Position numbers and translations under genes: made by a program. A stretch of 35,015 nucleotides of DNA, from the UHGV virus genome UHGV-0006788. One strand, 5' to 3'. Shown one piece after another: positions 1 through 8,850 of this stretch; position 1 is the stretch's first letter; every line of letters begins with the position of its first letter. The notes beneath the pieces are model-generated. The model saw nothing but the letters and a program-made list of their open reading frames with translations, was not told the DNA's origin and ran no database searches. The stretch comes from a virus.

Positions 1-189
1 TAAAGCCAATGGCACAAGCCAGACGGTGAAAGACAATACGTAATTACGATGCCGGGCGTGGGTTGTTGGCGTCCGGCGCTTTACCAGATCCCCCCACAGC
101 GCTACAATGCCCGCCCTTAAAGTGGGGGCACTCCCCTAACCGCTTCATCAGGTGAAGCGGATCTGACCTGTCATCAGAACGAGAGAATT

Positions 190-1551
190 ATGTTTAAACC
201 GGAACTCCTTTCCCCGGCGGGAACGCTGAAAAATATGCGTTACGCTTTCGCTTATGGCGCAGATGCTGTTTATGCGGGCCAGCCGCGTTACTCCCTGCGT
301 GTGCGCAACAACGAATTCAACCACGAAAATCTTCAGCTCGGCATCAATGAAGCCCACGCGCTGGGGAAAAAGTTTTATGTCGTGGTCAACATTGCACCGC
401 ACAACGCCAAGCTGAAAACCTTTATCCGTGACCTGAAACCGGTGGTGGAAATGGGGCCGGATGCGCTGATTATGTCCGATCCAGGGCTGATTATGCTGGT
501 GCGTGAGCACTTCCCTGAAATGCCGATCCACCTCTCGGTGCAGGCTAACGCCGTAAACTGGGCGACGGTGAAATTCTGGCAGCAAATGGGCCTGACCCGC
601 GTGATCCTCTCTCGCGAGCTGTCGCTGGAAGAGATTGAAGAGATCCGCAATCAGGTGCCGGATATGGAGATCGAGATCTTCGTTCACGGCGCACTGTGCA
701 TGGCCTACTCCGGTCGCTGCCTGCTCTCTGGCTATATCAACAAGCGCGATCCGAACCAGGGTACCTGCACCAACGCCTGCCGCTGGGAGTACAACGTCCA
801 GGAAGGGAAAGAAGATGACGTTGGCAACATCGTACACAAGTACGAGCCGATTCCGGTGCAAAATGTTGAGCCGACGCTGGGTATCGGCGCGCCAACCGAC
901 AAAGTGTTTATGATCGAAGAAGCCCAGCGTCCGGGCGAGTATATGACCGCGTTTGAAGATGAGCACGGCACTTACATCATGAACTCGAAAGATCTGCGCG
1001 CCATCGCCCATGTAGAACGCCTGACCAAAATGGGCGTGCATTCGCTGAAAATCGAAGGCCGTACTAAATCTTTCTACTATTGCGCACGCACCGCACAGGT
1101 TTACCGTAAAGCTATCGATGACGCCGCTGCGGGCAAACCGTTCGATACCAGCCTGCTGGAAACTCTGGAAGGTCTGGCGCATCGTGGCTATACCGAAGGT
1201 TTCCTGCGTCGTCATACTCACGACGATTATCAGAACTACGAATACGGTTATTCAGTTTCTGACCGCCAGCAGTTTGTTGGTGAGTTTACCGGTGAGCGCA
1301 AGGGGGACCTCGCGGCGGTAGCGGTGAAAAATAAATTCTCCGTTGGCGACAGCCTTGAGCTGATGACGCCGCAAGGCAACATTAACTTTACCCTTGAGCA
1401 CATGGAAAACGCCATAGGTGAAGCGATGCCGGTCGCACCAGGCGATGGTTATACTGTGTGGCTCCCGGTCCCGCAGGATCTTGAGCTCAATTACGCTCTG
1501 CTGATGCGTAATTTCTCCGGGGAAACCACGCGTAACCCACACGGTAAGTGA
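190..1551 (+). CDS. yegQ: Peptidase U32-family protein YegQ (tRNA hydroxylation, TrhP); host chromosomal gene
   Basis: 453-aa ORF beginning MFKPELLSPAGTLKNMRYAFAYGADAVYAGQPRYSLR, recognised from memory as enterobacterial YegQ of the same length; GC-rich host-like composition. The 357-aa antisense ORF 148..1221 is treated as spurious. Confidence 0.85.
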   Translation: MFKPELLSPAGTLKNMRYAFAYGADAVYAGQPRYSLRVRNNEFNHENLQLGINEAHALGKKFYVVVNIAPHNAKLKTFIRDLKPVVEMGPDALIMSDPGLIMLVREHFPEMPIHLSVQANAVNWATVKFWQQMGLTRVILSRELSLEEIEEIRNQVPDMEIEIFVHGALCMAYSGRCLLSGYINKRDPNQGTCTNACRWEYNVQEGKEDDVGNIVHKYEPIPVQNVEPTLGIGAPTDKVFMIEEAQRPGEYMTAFEDEHGTYIMNSKDLRAIAHVERLTKMGVHSLKIEGRTKSFYYCARTAQVYRKAIDDAAAGKPFDTSLLETLEGLAHRGYTEGFLRRHTHDDYQNYEYGYSVSDRQQFVGEFTGERKGDLAAVAVKNKFSVGDSLELMTPQGNINFTLEHMENAIGEAMPVAPGDGYTVWLPVPQDLELNYALLMRNFSGETTRNPHGK

Positions 1552-1635
1552 TTAATTTCGATTATTTTTCCCGGATGGAAAATTCTTAGAAACCGATCAC
1601 ATACAGCTGCATTTATTAAGGTTATCATCCGTTTC

Positions 1636-1722
1636 GCTGAAAAACATAACCCATAAAATGCTAGCTGTACCAGGAACCACCTCCTTAGCCTGTGTAATCT
1701 CCCTTACACGGGCTTATTTTTT
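1636..1722 (+). ncRNA. cyaR: CyaR (RyeE) small regulatory RNA
   Basis: Sequence gctgaaaaacataacccataaaatgctagctgtaccaggaaccacctccttagcctgtgtaatctcccttacacgggcttatttttt matches my recollection of the ~87-nt CyaR sRNA, ending in its own stem-loop plus U-tract. It sits immediately downstream of yegQ, as in E. coli. Confidence 0.8.
1696..1722. other. P2-type attachment core (prophage-host junction) overlapping the 3' end of cyaR
   Basis: aatctcccttacacgggcttatttttt is the reverse complement of the 27-nt P2 att core as I recall it (AAAAAATAAGCCCGTGTAAGGGAGATT). It lies about 100 bp from the ogr stop, where P2 places attP relative to ogr. Confidence 0.6.
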
Positions 1723-1785
1723 ACGCACAACAAATTGAAATAAAAGGATTTATTTCTGGTCACGTCCACACATTGACCACATCGA

Positions 1786-1820
1786 CAAAAAAAGCCCCTC
1801 GACTGAGGGGCTTCCTGTTT
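1786..1820 (-). terminator. Intrinsic terminator downstream of ogr (hairpin also readable on the plus strand)
   Basis: GC stem gcccctc / gaggggc (1794..1800 and 1805..1811) with loop gact, flanked by an A-run on the plus side, which gives a U-run after the hairpin on the minus-strand transcript. Confidence 0.6.
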
Positions 1821-1824
1821 CTAA

Positions 1825-2043
1825 TTACATCCACATAATTTGCTGCCCTGACGGCAACGGGTGCGGCCTTACGGCGTGGACTTCTCCCGGCTTCACGATG
1901 TATCGCTGTACCGACTCATAAGTGATGAACGTGGCGCTGCAATTCACGTTCTGACACTGGTGATAACGCTCTTTTGTCGTGTCAGTGATATAGCGACTTG
2001 TACGCGCATGTGCGGCATGCTGGCATAAAGGACAATGAAACAT
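1825..2043 (-). CDS. ogr: Late-gene transcriptional activator Ogr (zinc-finger protein)
   Basis: 72-aa product MFHCPLCQHAAHARTSRYITDTTKERYHQCQNVNCSATFITYESVQRYIVKPGEVHAVRPHPLPSGQQIMWM with the Cys4 arrangement of P2 Ogr. The ORF track extends 21 codons upstream (to 2106); start placed at the internal Met by family length. Confidence 0.85.
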   Translation of the reverse strand: MFHCPLCQHAAHARTSRYITDTTKERYHQCQNVNCSATFITYESVQRYIVKPGEVHAVRPHPLPSGQQIMWM

Positions 2044-2124
2044 CGCGAGCACCTCTTCCGGTTTTGTTGATGGTGCCATTTTAGTTAATTTACCCTTATA
2101 AAACAAACAGATAAAAACAAAACA

Positions 2125-3288
2125 TTACTCATCACCTTCTGTTTCGTACTCCACATCAGAAAGCCTGACCTCAAGCTCTAAGGACGTCGTGAAGCCGCTG
2201 TTATTCAGAAAATGTGTCACCTTAGTGATTGTCCAGTCCTGCTCGTCTATGACGCGCTTAAAGCCTGACACTTTAACCGGTGTTTCCGTGTAAATATCTG
2301 CCCGACCGGTAGCCAGGCTGATGGAGAACTCCGCAACGCCCCGTTGCAGTTTATCCCACTTCGCCTGAGCGGCGCGCATGGCCTGCGCTTTCGTGGCATA
2401 TACCGTGGTCAGGGCAAAAACATTGTCAGCCTCACCGGCCATGTATTCACCTTCGCGCGCTTCCGGCGCTTTTGGCGCTTTCTTCTGCGTGACTGGTTTC
2501 GCTTTCGGGTGCTCCAGTGCGCGCAGGTGTTTTTCTTTCTTTTTGCGTTTCAGTTTTACCTTCTGCTTTTGCGGCTTCGGGTCTTTGGTGTGTAACCACT
2601 TTGCCGTTACGCCGGTGTAAGCTCCACGGTCAGCAATCGCAAAATGATGACGGTCGCCGTCGCTGCGGGTGATGGTAATCTGCGGGATTTTTTTACCGCT
2701 GGCCGTCACCCCCTGCCCCGCCTTAAGAAACAACAGTTTTCCCATTTTTACCGACACCTCACCGCCGTTGCGTTCAGCAAGACGGATCAGGAATTTCGCA
2801 TCAGACTCCTGCGACTGGTCGATGTGCGGGATTTTAATTCCGGCCAGTGACGGAGCGACACTGGCCTCCAGCTTGTTACGGGAGGCTATCGCCTCAACAA
2901 TCGCACCGAGCGTGGTGTCATGCCAGGAGCCTTCCCGGCGGGAATTAAGCGTCCCGCGGAAATCTGCACTCCGGGCGCGGATGGTAACCACATCCGGCGC
3001 GCCCCGGTGTTCAACCTCATCAACGGTAAATTTCCCTTTGCATACCAGGGCAAAACCTTTCCAGCCGATATACACCGTCAGGACAGCGCCACGAATCGGT
3101 AGCCCGACCTGCCCGTCGGCGTCGTTCAGTTCAATATCAAGCTGGTCAGCCTCAAAGCCCCGGTTATCCGTCAGGGTCATGCTCATCAGACGGTCGCTGA
3201 TATTGCCGGTAATATCCCTGCTGTCGAGCATCAGCATGTAATCCGGCGTCAGCGTACTGCCTGCATCAAATGTCAGCGCATCCAGCAT
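2125..3288 (-). CDS. D: Tail protein D (P2 gpD family, late control gene D)
   Basis: 387-aa ORF, the same length as P2 gpD, in the expected position between U and ogr. Confidence 0.85.
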   Translation of the reverse strand: MLDALTFDAGSTLTPDYMLMLDSRDITGNISDRLMSMTLTDNRGFEADQLDIELNDADGQVGLPIRGAVLTVYIGWKGFALVCKGKFTVDEVEHRGAPDVVTIRARSADFRGTLNSRREGSWHDTTLGAIVEAIASRNKLEASVAPSLAGIKIPHIDQSQESDAKFLIRLAERNGGEVSVKMGKLLFLKAGQGVTASGKKIPQITITRSDGDRHHFAIADRGAYTGVTAKWLHTKDPKPQKQKVKLKRKKKEKHLRALEHPKAKPVTQKKAPKAPEAREGEYMAGEADNVFALTTVYATKAQAMRAAQAKWDKLQRGVAEFSISLATGRADIYTETPVKVSGFKRVIDEQDWTITKVTHFLNNSGFTTSLELEVRLSDVEYETEGDE

Positions 3289-3767
3289 TATCCCGCCCCC
3301 GTCATACCCGTGAATTTAGTCGCCATACTGCCAGCCTTACCGATGAGCGATTCCGCCTGTTTACCGATATCGCCATAAAGCGCGGCCAGTGATTCATCAA
3401 CGCGGGTGAGCGACAGCGTAAAATCAATTTTCCGGGGTGTGCCGTCTGCAAAGAAAATACTCCCTGTTTCACTCACCTTGCTGATGACATACATGCCGTA
3501 AATCATGCCGGTGCCATCCAGCAACGGCCACGCCCGCCCCTCCTCTGCCATCAGCCTGAGCGTGGTCATCGTCAGCTTGCCGCCGGTCAGTTCGGGATAA
3601 AGCACACCGGCAAGCGTGATGTTTTCCTCACCCACACCGAGAAACTGAAAAGCGTCCCGTTTACCGATACGGGAATTTGACGGCCAGCGATAATCTGATT
3701 CACGCTGCATGGTCTGGTGTGGCAGCGTCTGGCGCATAAAAACAAACATACCTAACGCGAGCATCAT
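3288..3767 (-). CDS. U: Tail protein U (P2 gpU family)
   Basis: 159-aa ORF matching P2 gpU in length and position; its start overlaps the D stop. Confidence 0.85.
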   Translation of the reverse strand: MMLALGMFVFMRQTLPHQTMQRESDYRWPSNSRIGKRDAFQFLGVGEENITLAGVLYPELTGGKLTMTTLRLMAEEGRAWPLLDGTGMIYGMYVISKVSETGSIFFADGTPRKIDFTLSLTRVDESLAALYGDIGKQAESLIGKAGSMATKFTGMTGAG

Positions 3768-3781
3768 TTTTCGTCACCTCC

Positions 3782-6229
3782 TTAACCGTCATGCATCATG
3801 CTGGCACGGGCGCGCGCACGTTTATCCCGCTCGTATTTTTCGAGCGCATCCTGTAACTGGCGGTCGAGCTGTGTCCCCGGCGCAGTACCACCCGTCAGGC
3901 TGATGTGATATTCGTTTTTACTCTGGTCTACATAAGAGCGGCCAGCCGGTGCCGTGACCGGCTGATAAGCCTGATAACCTGCATAAGAGCTGGTCGCCGG
4001 AATATAACCACCGCTGCCATACGTGGCGGCTTGAGTTCTGGCGGCGGTCTGGTCAAGTGTGTCTGACTCTTTGTTGATAACACCGAGTTTTTCCAGTACC
4101 CAGTCAATACCACTGCGCAGTTTGTTGAACGCATTAAGCGGCAGCATCAGCGCGTCAGCCAGTGCCTGCCCGAACATGACGCCCGTGTCACGGCAACGGT
4201 TCAGGGTGTCCTGGGTGGCTTTGACCGGGGCAATCAGGTTTTTAAACCACTGCCACGCGGCCTGTAACTTTTCACCCAGCCAGTCAAACACCGGCTTAAG
4301 TGGCGTGAACAGTTCCCCCACCGGCGCAAATGCCGCTTTCAGCCCTTCCACCACACCGCCAAAGAATGCGCTGACAGGCTCCCAGTATTTACGGATAAGC
4401 AACGCCCCGGCGACAATGGCGGCCACCACGGCCACAACCGGCCAGCTAATAGCCCCGATGGCGGTCATAACAGCACTGCCAACCGTCGTGAAGACTGCCC
4501 CCATTGCGCCTGCTGCCGCGATGATGGCATTGATGCCGGTGATAACCGGCCAGGCTACAAGACCAATGGCACCGATGATGCCAATAAGCGCCAGCGCGCC
4601 ACCGACAATGAGGCCGATGGTTGACGCCAGTGATTTGTTTTTCTGGATCCAGCCGTCGAGTTTTAACACATACTTTGTGGCCGTCTGAGTGAGCTTACGC
4701 AGTGCGCCTTCCTGCTGGTCAAACAGGTCAGTCCCCACTGCCTCATAAGCGGACTGAAACTCTTTAAAGTCACCGCCTAGGTTGTCCTGCATGATATTTA
4801 CCAGCTCGGCGGTCTTCCCGTCTGAGGCTTTAAACGCAGCGGTCAGTTTGTCCAGCTTTCCGGTTGAGGCGGCAGTCATCAGCACGACGGCGGCTGAGCT
4901 GGCCTCCTCCCCGAAAATGGTTTTCATGTATTCAGCCTGCTGGGCAGTACCGAGCCGGTTTTTCTCAAAACTGGCCTGCATTTCTTTCAGAATGGTAAAT
5001 ATTGGCCGGGTGTTTCCCTTGCTGTCTGAGGTTTTCACTCCAAGCTCTTTGAGTGCATCCCATGCTTTTCCCGTCGGTGCCTGCAGGCGGCTTAACACGG
5101 CACGGCTTCCCGTCCCCGCCATTGAGCCTGTGATTTTTGCATCATGCAGCGCCCCGACCATTGCGGCGGTTTCTTCAATGCTGACACCGGCATTTTTTGC
5201 CACAGGTGCGGCATAGGTCAGCGCATCGCTCATGCCGTCAAAATCGGCGGCGGTTTTGTTCATCGTCATGGAGAGAACATCCCCGATATGAGCGACCTTA
5301 TCGTTTGAAAGCTGAAAGGCGGATTTCATCCCCATCAGCAGGGCGGCGTTTTCTTCCATCGCGCGGCGGTTCGCCAGCGCCATATTCAGCGTGACCGGTG
5401 TTGCCGCCTGAATGGCATCAACATCCCCACCCGCTTTCGCGATGATTATCTGTGCACCGGCCGCATCATCCGCTGAGGCGGCGGTATTGTCGCCGAGCTG
5501 GCGCGCCTGTTTGCGGAGCGCGGCCATTTCGGCGGAGTCTTTTGCCACGCCGAGCACAGCCTGTAATTCTGAGTTTTTCTGCGCAAACTCATAACCGGGC
5601 ATCAGCAGCTTAACTCCGGCCATCGTTCCCGCCGCCGCAATCCCCACACCGGCAGCGCCCACTGAGGCCATATTTCCGGCCAGTTCCTTGCCGGCCTGAT
5701 AACGCTGTTTGACTGCGTTAAGTTTTGCCTGTTGCGCACTGACACGCGCCAGTGCGTCACGCTGCCGGTTAAGCTGGGCAGTGGTTTCACTGATACGGTT
5801 TTTCAGTCCCTGCTCATCATGTGCAAGATTGCGGGTATTAATTCCCACAGCGGCCAGTTCCCGCTGCTGGCGTTTAACGGAATCCGTCAGGCGGTTATAT
5901 TTCGCCTGTAAGTCCTCCGCCGCACGCTTTGCGGATTCCAGCACTTTCGCCTGAGCACGGGTCGGACGTTCGGTGTTTTTAAACTGTGTGGCAAGGGCTT
6001 CGGCTTCCTGCCGTGCCTTTTCAAGTGCATGACCAGTCACGGCAAGCTGTGCGCTGGTCTTGCGGAATCCCTCAATACGGGATGCGTGACCGTTCAGCTC
6101 GCGCAGTGATTTTTGTGTTTCCCGGATATCCCCCGACAGCGATTTGCTCGCTGTGCGGATGGATTTAAACGGGCGGGATGCCTGGTCAACAGCCCTGAGC
6201 AATACCTGTAATTTTACATTGTTACTCAT
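3782..6229 (-). CDS. T: Tail tape measure protein (P2 gpT family)
   Basis: 815-aa ORF, the same length as P2 gpT; coiled-coil-rich N-terminal part, Ala/Gly-rich hydrophobic central stretch, position after E/E'. Confidence 0.9.
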   Translation of the reverse strand: MSNNVKLQVLLRAVDQASRPFKSIRTASKSLSGDIRETQKSLRELNGHASRIEGFRKTSAQLAVTGHALEKARQEAEALATQFKNTERPTRAQAKVLESAKRAAEDLQAKYNRLTDSVKRQQRELAAVGINTRNLAHDEQGLKNRISETTAQLNRQRDALARVSAQQAKLNAVKQRYQAGKELAGNMASVGAAGVGIAAAGTMAGVKLLMPGYEFAQKNSELQAVLGVAKDSAEMAALRKQARQLGDNTAASADDAAGAQIIIAKAGGDVDAIQAATPVTLNMALANRRAMEENAALLMGMKSAFQLSNDKVAHIGDVLSMTMNKTAADFDGMSDALTYAAPVAKNAGVSIEETAAMVGALHDAKITGSMAGTGSRAVLSRLQAPTGKAWDALKELGVKTSDSKGNTRPIFTILKEMQASFEKNRLGTAQQAEYMKTIFGEEASSAAVVLMTAASTGKLDKLTAAFKASDGKTAELVNIMQDNLGGDFKEFQSAYEAVGTDLFDQQEGALRKLTQTATKYVLKLDGWIQKNKSLASTIGLIVGGALALIGIIGAIGLVAWPVITGINAIIAAAGAMGAVFTTVGSAVMTAIGAISWPVVAVVAAIVAGALLIRKYWEPVSAFFGGVVEGLKAAFAPVGELFTPLKPVFDWLGEKLQAAWQWFKNLIAPVKATQDTLNRCRDTGVMFGQALADALMLPLNAFNKLRSGIDWVLEKLGVINKESDTLDQTAARTQAATYGSGGYIPATSSYAGYQAYQPVTAPAGRSYVDQSKNEYHISLTGGTAPGTQLDRQLQDALEKYERDKRARARASMMHDG

Positions 6230-6649
6230 TCGTGTTTCCGCTTCGCCGGAGCGCCTTTTCGCGCCATGTGATGAGTTCGGTCAGGCTCATGGGATACAGT
6301 TCTGATGGCGGCCAGTGAAATATCACTGCCACATCTGCCATCAGGTCATCGACCGACAGATTTTTCGGAAACGTCACTGCACCGAGTTCGGCGACAAAAA
6401 ACCGACCACCTTACCGGCCAGCGCCACAAGGTCAGGCAGTTCCAGCGCGGCGACTTCCTGCTCGGTCAGCATCGGTGCCGTCATGCGCGGCAGCACCTTA
6501 ATCAGTGCATCGACTTCGGAGTTTGCAACCGCAGCCAGACTGACACCGCGTAGCGTCCCGGCATTGGGTTTCATCAGCGTGACCTGTTCGATAACCTGCT
6601 CACCACGTTTGACCGGATTGTCCAGGGTAATGACATTTTCTTTGTTCAT
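6222..6649 (-). CDS. E': Tail assembly chaperone E+E' made by programmed -1 ribosomal frameshift
   Basis: Slippery heptamer T TTT TTG on the minus strand (plus 6395..6401) sits eight codons before the E stop. I traced the -1 frame by hand: it stays open to a TAA at 6222..6224, giving a fusion of about 142 aa that overlaps the start of T, as in P2. Confidence 0.7.
6374..6649 (-). CDS. E: Tail assembly chaperone E (P2 gpE family)
   Basis: 91-aa ORF ending ...VVGFLSPNSVQ; the same length as P2 gpE; lies between FII and T. Confidence 0.85.
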   Translation of the reverse strand: MNKENVITLDNPVKRGEQVIEQVTLMKPNAGTLRGVSLAAVANSEVDALIKVLPRMTAPMLTEQEVAALELPDLVALAGKVVGFLSPNSVQ

Positions 6650-6705
6650 GGTTTTCTCACTTCTGAATCAGGGTTAACCGGCCAGCCAGGCTGACCGGAT
6701 GAAAA

Positions 6706-7224
6706 TCACAGGCCGATATTGCGGCGGTGTTGCTCCAGCCGGTCGACGCCGTTCACCTTCTCAATCATGTTGATGGTGTCAATTTCGACCAGCTCCTTAC
6801 CGTCCATCGTCAGCCGGAAATAGGTGCAGACCACGGAGATTTTCGACTCAGTGTCTTCTCCCTGTTTACCCTCGCCGGTGTCGATTTCTTTCTGACGTCC
6901 ACGCATGACCACTTCGACGGCCACCGTTTCGCCGGTATCATCGCGCTGGTAAGAGCCTGCAAAACGAATCGGCACGGCATCCACGCCGGTTGCGGCGTAA
7001 AGCTCCCAGATAACCGAATCCGGGAAGCCCCCGAGCGACCACTCCATTGACAGCGCATCGTCATCAAGGCCGAGGTCTACCGGTGCGCTGCCGTTCATCC
7101 CCGCACCGCGATAGTTTTCGAGCTTACGGGTCAGTTTTGGCAGCGTGACGGACTTTGCAACGCCCTGATAGCTGTAGCCGTTCAGAAAGACGTTCATAAA
7201 CTTGAGTTTGCGCGGCATTGCCAT
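6706..7224 (-). CDS. FII: Major tail tube protein (P2 gpFII family)
   Basis: 172-aa ORF, the same length as P2 gpFII, directly downstream of FI. Confidence 0.9.
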   Translation of the reverse strand: MAMPRKLKFMNVFLNGYSYQGVAKSVTLPKLTRKLENYRGAGMNGSAPVDLGLDDDALSMEWSLGGFPDSVIWELYAATGVDAVPIRFAGSYQRDDTGETVAVEVVMRGRQKEIDTGEGKQGEDTESKISVVCTYFRLTMDGKELVEIDTINMIEKVNGVDRLEQHRRNIGL

Positions 7225-7236
7225 CGGTCAGGCTCC

Positions 7237-8427
7237 TTAATTGCTGTTAACCGAGGTGACCAGATTTGCCAGGTATTTATCGGTAATACGCTGGCGCAGG
7301 GTCAGGTTTTCGAGAGGAGGCACCGGTGTATAGTCGTAGTCGATATACAGTTTTCCGGCCTTGAGGGTTTCCGCATCGTTGGATTCTTCGCTGAACCAGC
7401 AGGTCGCATCCACGATATAGCCGTTTGTTTTCAGCTCACGGAATTTGGCATTGATGCCGTCAACGATGTCGCGAATCAGCGTTGCGGTGATGGGCTTGTC
7501 CACCGCCCACATGTGCGCCTCAGCCATCGTGTCGGCCAGCACCTGCGCGGTGCGTGTGTAGTTTTCAAAGAGAAACAGCGGGTCATCAGAGCAGGTACGG
7601 TTACCCCAGAAGCGGAAACCGTCGCGGCGAATCAGCGTAGTGACGCCTGACTCGTTAAGCAGGTCAGCATCGGTGCCGGACTCCTGCAAATCCCAGAATA
7701 CAGAGGCGCTGATGCCGGTAACACCGTTCACCCCGACGTTGGACAGCGTTTTATGCCAGCCCTGCTCCTGGTCGATTTTAGCGCGCAGACCCAGCGCACG
7801 GGCGGTGGCATACGCGGTGGCAGTGGTACTGGTGACCGTATCCCATGCGAGGAAATCCGGCCAGATGACCATCAGCTCACGCTGGCTGAAATTCTGGCGG
7901 TAGGCTTTCACCTCGGAAATGGTCTTACAGCCCCATGTGCTGATATATCCGAAAGCGCGCAGCTTCTGACAGACGGATGCCAGTGCAACAGCCACCTCTT
8001 TGGTATCCAGCCCCGGCACACCAAGAATACGCGGTTTAACACCGGTTACCGACTCCGCCGCCAGCAGGGCTTTCAGTCCGGTGTACTGACCGTTTTCGTC
8101 GGTGGTTCCGATGATATTGGAAACAGTCTGCGCGAGTTTCGTTTCTTCGTCTTCGCCGGTGCCGTCTTCCACACGCACGACAACGGTGACCGGTTTTGAC
8201 TGGTCGGCGATGGCCTGCAACGATGCCGCCAGCGTGCCTTTTTTACCGGCCTTTGCAATTGCGCTCTGCACATTGGTAATCAGCACCGGTTTATTGAGGG
8301 GGAAGGTTTCCGCATCCGCATCGCTGGCCGTGCAGACCATGCCGACAATGGCAGTGGATACGGTGGAAATGACGCGGGTGCCGTCGTTAATCTCCAGCAC
8401 CTGCACGCCGTGATGATAGTCACTCAT
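7237..8427 (-). CDS. FI: Contractile tail sheath protein (P2 gpFI family)
   Basis: 396-aa ORF, the same length as P2 gpFI; first gene of the FI-FII-E-T-U-D operon. Confidence 0.9.
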   Translation of the reverse strand: MSDYHHGVQVLEINDGTRVISTVSTAIVGMVCTASDADAETFPLNKPVLITNVQSAIAKAGKKGTLAASLQAIADQSKPVTVVVRVEDGTGEDEETKLAQTVSNIIGTTDENGQYTGLKALLAAESVTGVKPRILGVPGLDTKEVAVALASVCQKLRAFGYISTWGCKTISEVKAYRQNFSQRELMVIWPDFLAWDTVTSTTATAYATARALGLRAKIDQEQGWHKTLSNVGVNGVTGISASVFWDLQESGTDADLLNESGVTTLIRRDGFRFWGNRTCSDDPLFLFENYTRTAQVLADTMAEAHMWAVDKPITATLIRDIVDGINAKFRELKTNGYIVDATCWFSEESNDAETLKAGKLYIDYDYTPVPPLENLTLRQRITDKYLANLVTSVNSN

Positions 8428-8520
8428 CCGTTTAACTCCGTGGTTAATGGGTGCAACTATTTTCTGTTGGGCAGAGCATGAGACGCTATTTGACCTGGCT
8501 GGTCAGTGGATGAAACAACA

Positions 8521-8551
8521 GATAAAGAAAAGGCGGGCAATTCGCCCGCCT
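8521..8551 (-). terminator. Putative intrinsic terminator insulating the FI operon from the upstream cargo island
   Basis: Stem ggcgggc / gcccgcc (8532..8538 and 8544..8550) with a short loop; on the minus strand the hairpin is followed by a U-rich tract (reverse complement of gataaagaaa). Confidence 0.4.
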
Positions 8552-8850
8552 GTCCTGATTTGTACTCACTCATTTTCCGCCTGACAATTTACATAGCCCA
8601 AATGCTATCAAATCTGACAGTCTGCTTTGAGCGAGAAACGGACGTTATAGATAGTGTGTTAAGGTTTTCTCTTTAATTGCAATGTCATATCCTCAACGAC
8701 CAAGTAGTGACATTTTTCGTTATTATATGGTATTGTGTTAGAATTAATTTATTGATGCGAAATCATTCAAAGCTTCATTGGTACTTATATTTAACTTATA
8801 ATCTTAATTAAAGAATTTCTTATTTTTAGATATTTTTATGCAAATACTTA

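Noticed and set aside
148-1221. 357-aa ORF on the minus strand
   Set aside because: Lies entirely antisense to yegQ, whose product I recognise; typical spurious antisense ORF in GC-rich coding DNA.
1825-2106. Long forms of several late ORFs (ogr 93 aa here; also X, L, O, P and A elsewhere in the window)
   Set aside because: The track ORFs run to the most upstream in-frame ATG; family lengths and conserved N-termini indicate internal Met starts, so the shorter coordinates are used.
4059-5216. Plus-strand ORFs of 209 and 144 aa inside the tape measure gene
   Set aside because: Antisense to the 815-aa gpT ORF, low-complexity Ala/Thr/Ser-rich products; no independent start or termination signals seen.
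8428-8520. Ogr-dependent late promoter (TGT-N12-ACA) upstream of FI
   Set aside because: A promoter must be here by position, but the best candidate on the minus strand reads TGT-N12-TGA, not the consensus, so I could not place it and do not report it as a feature.
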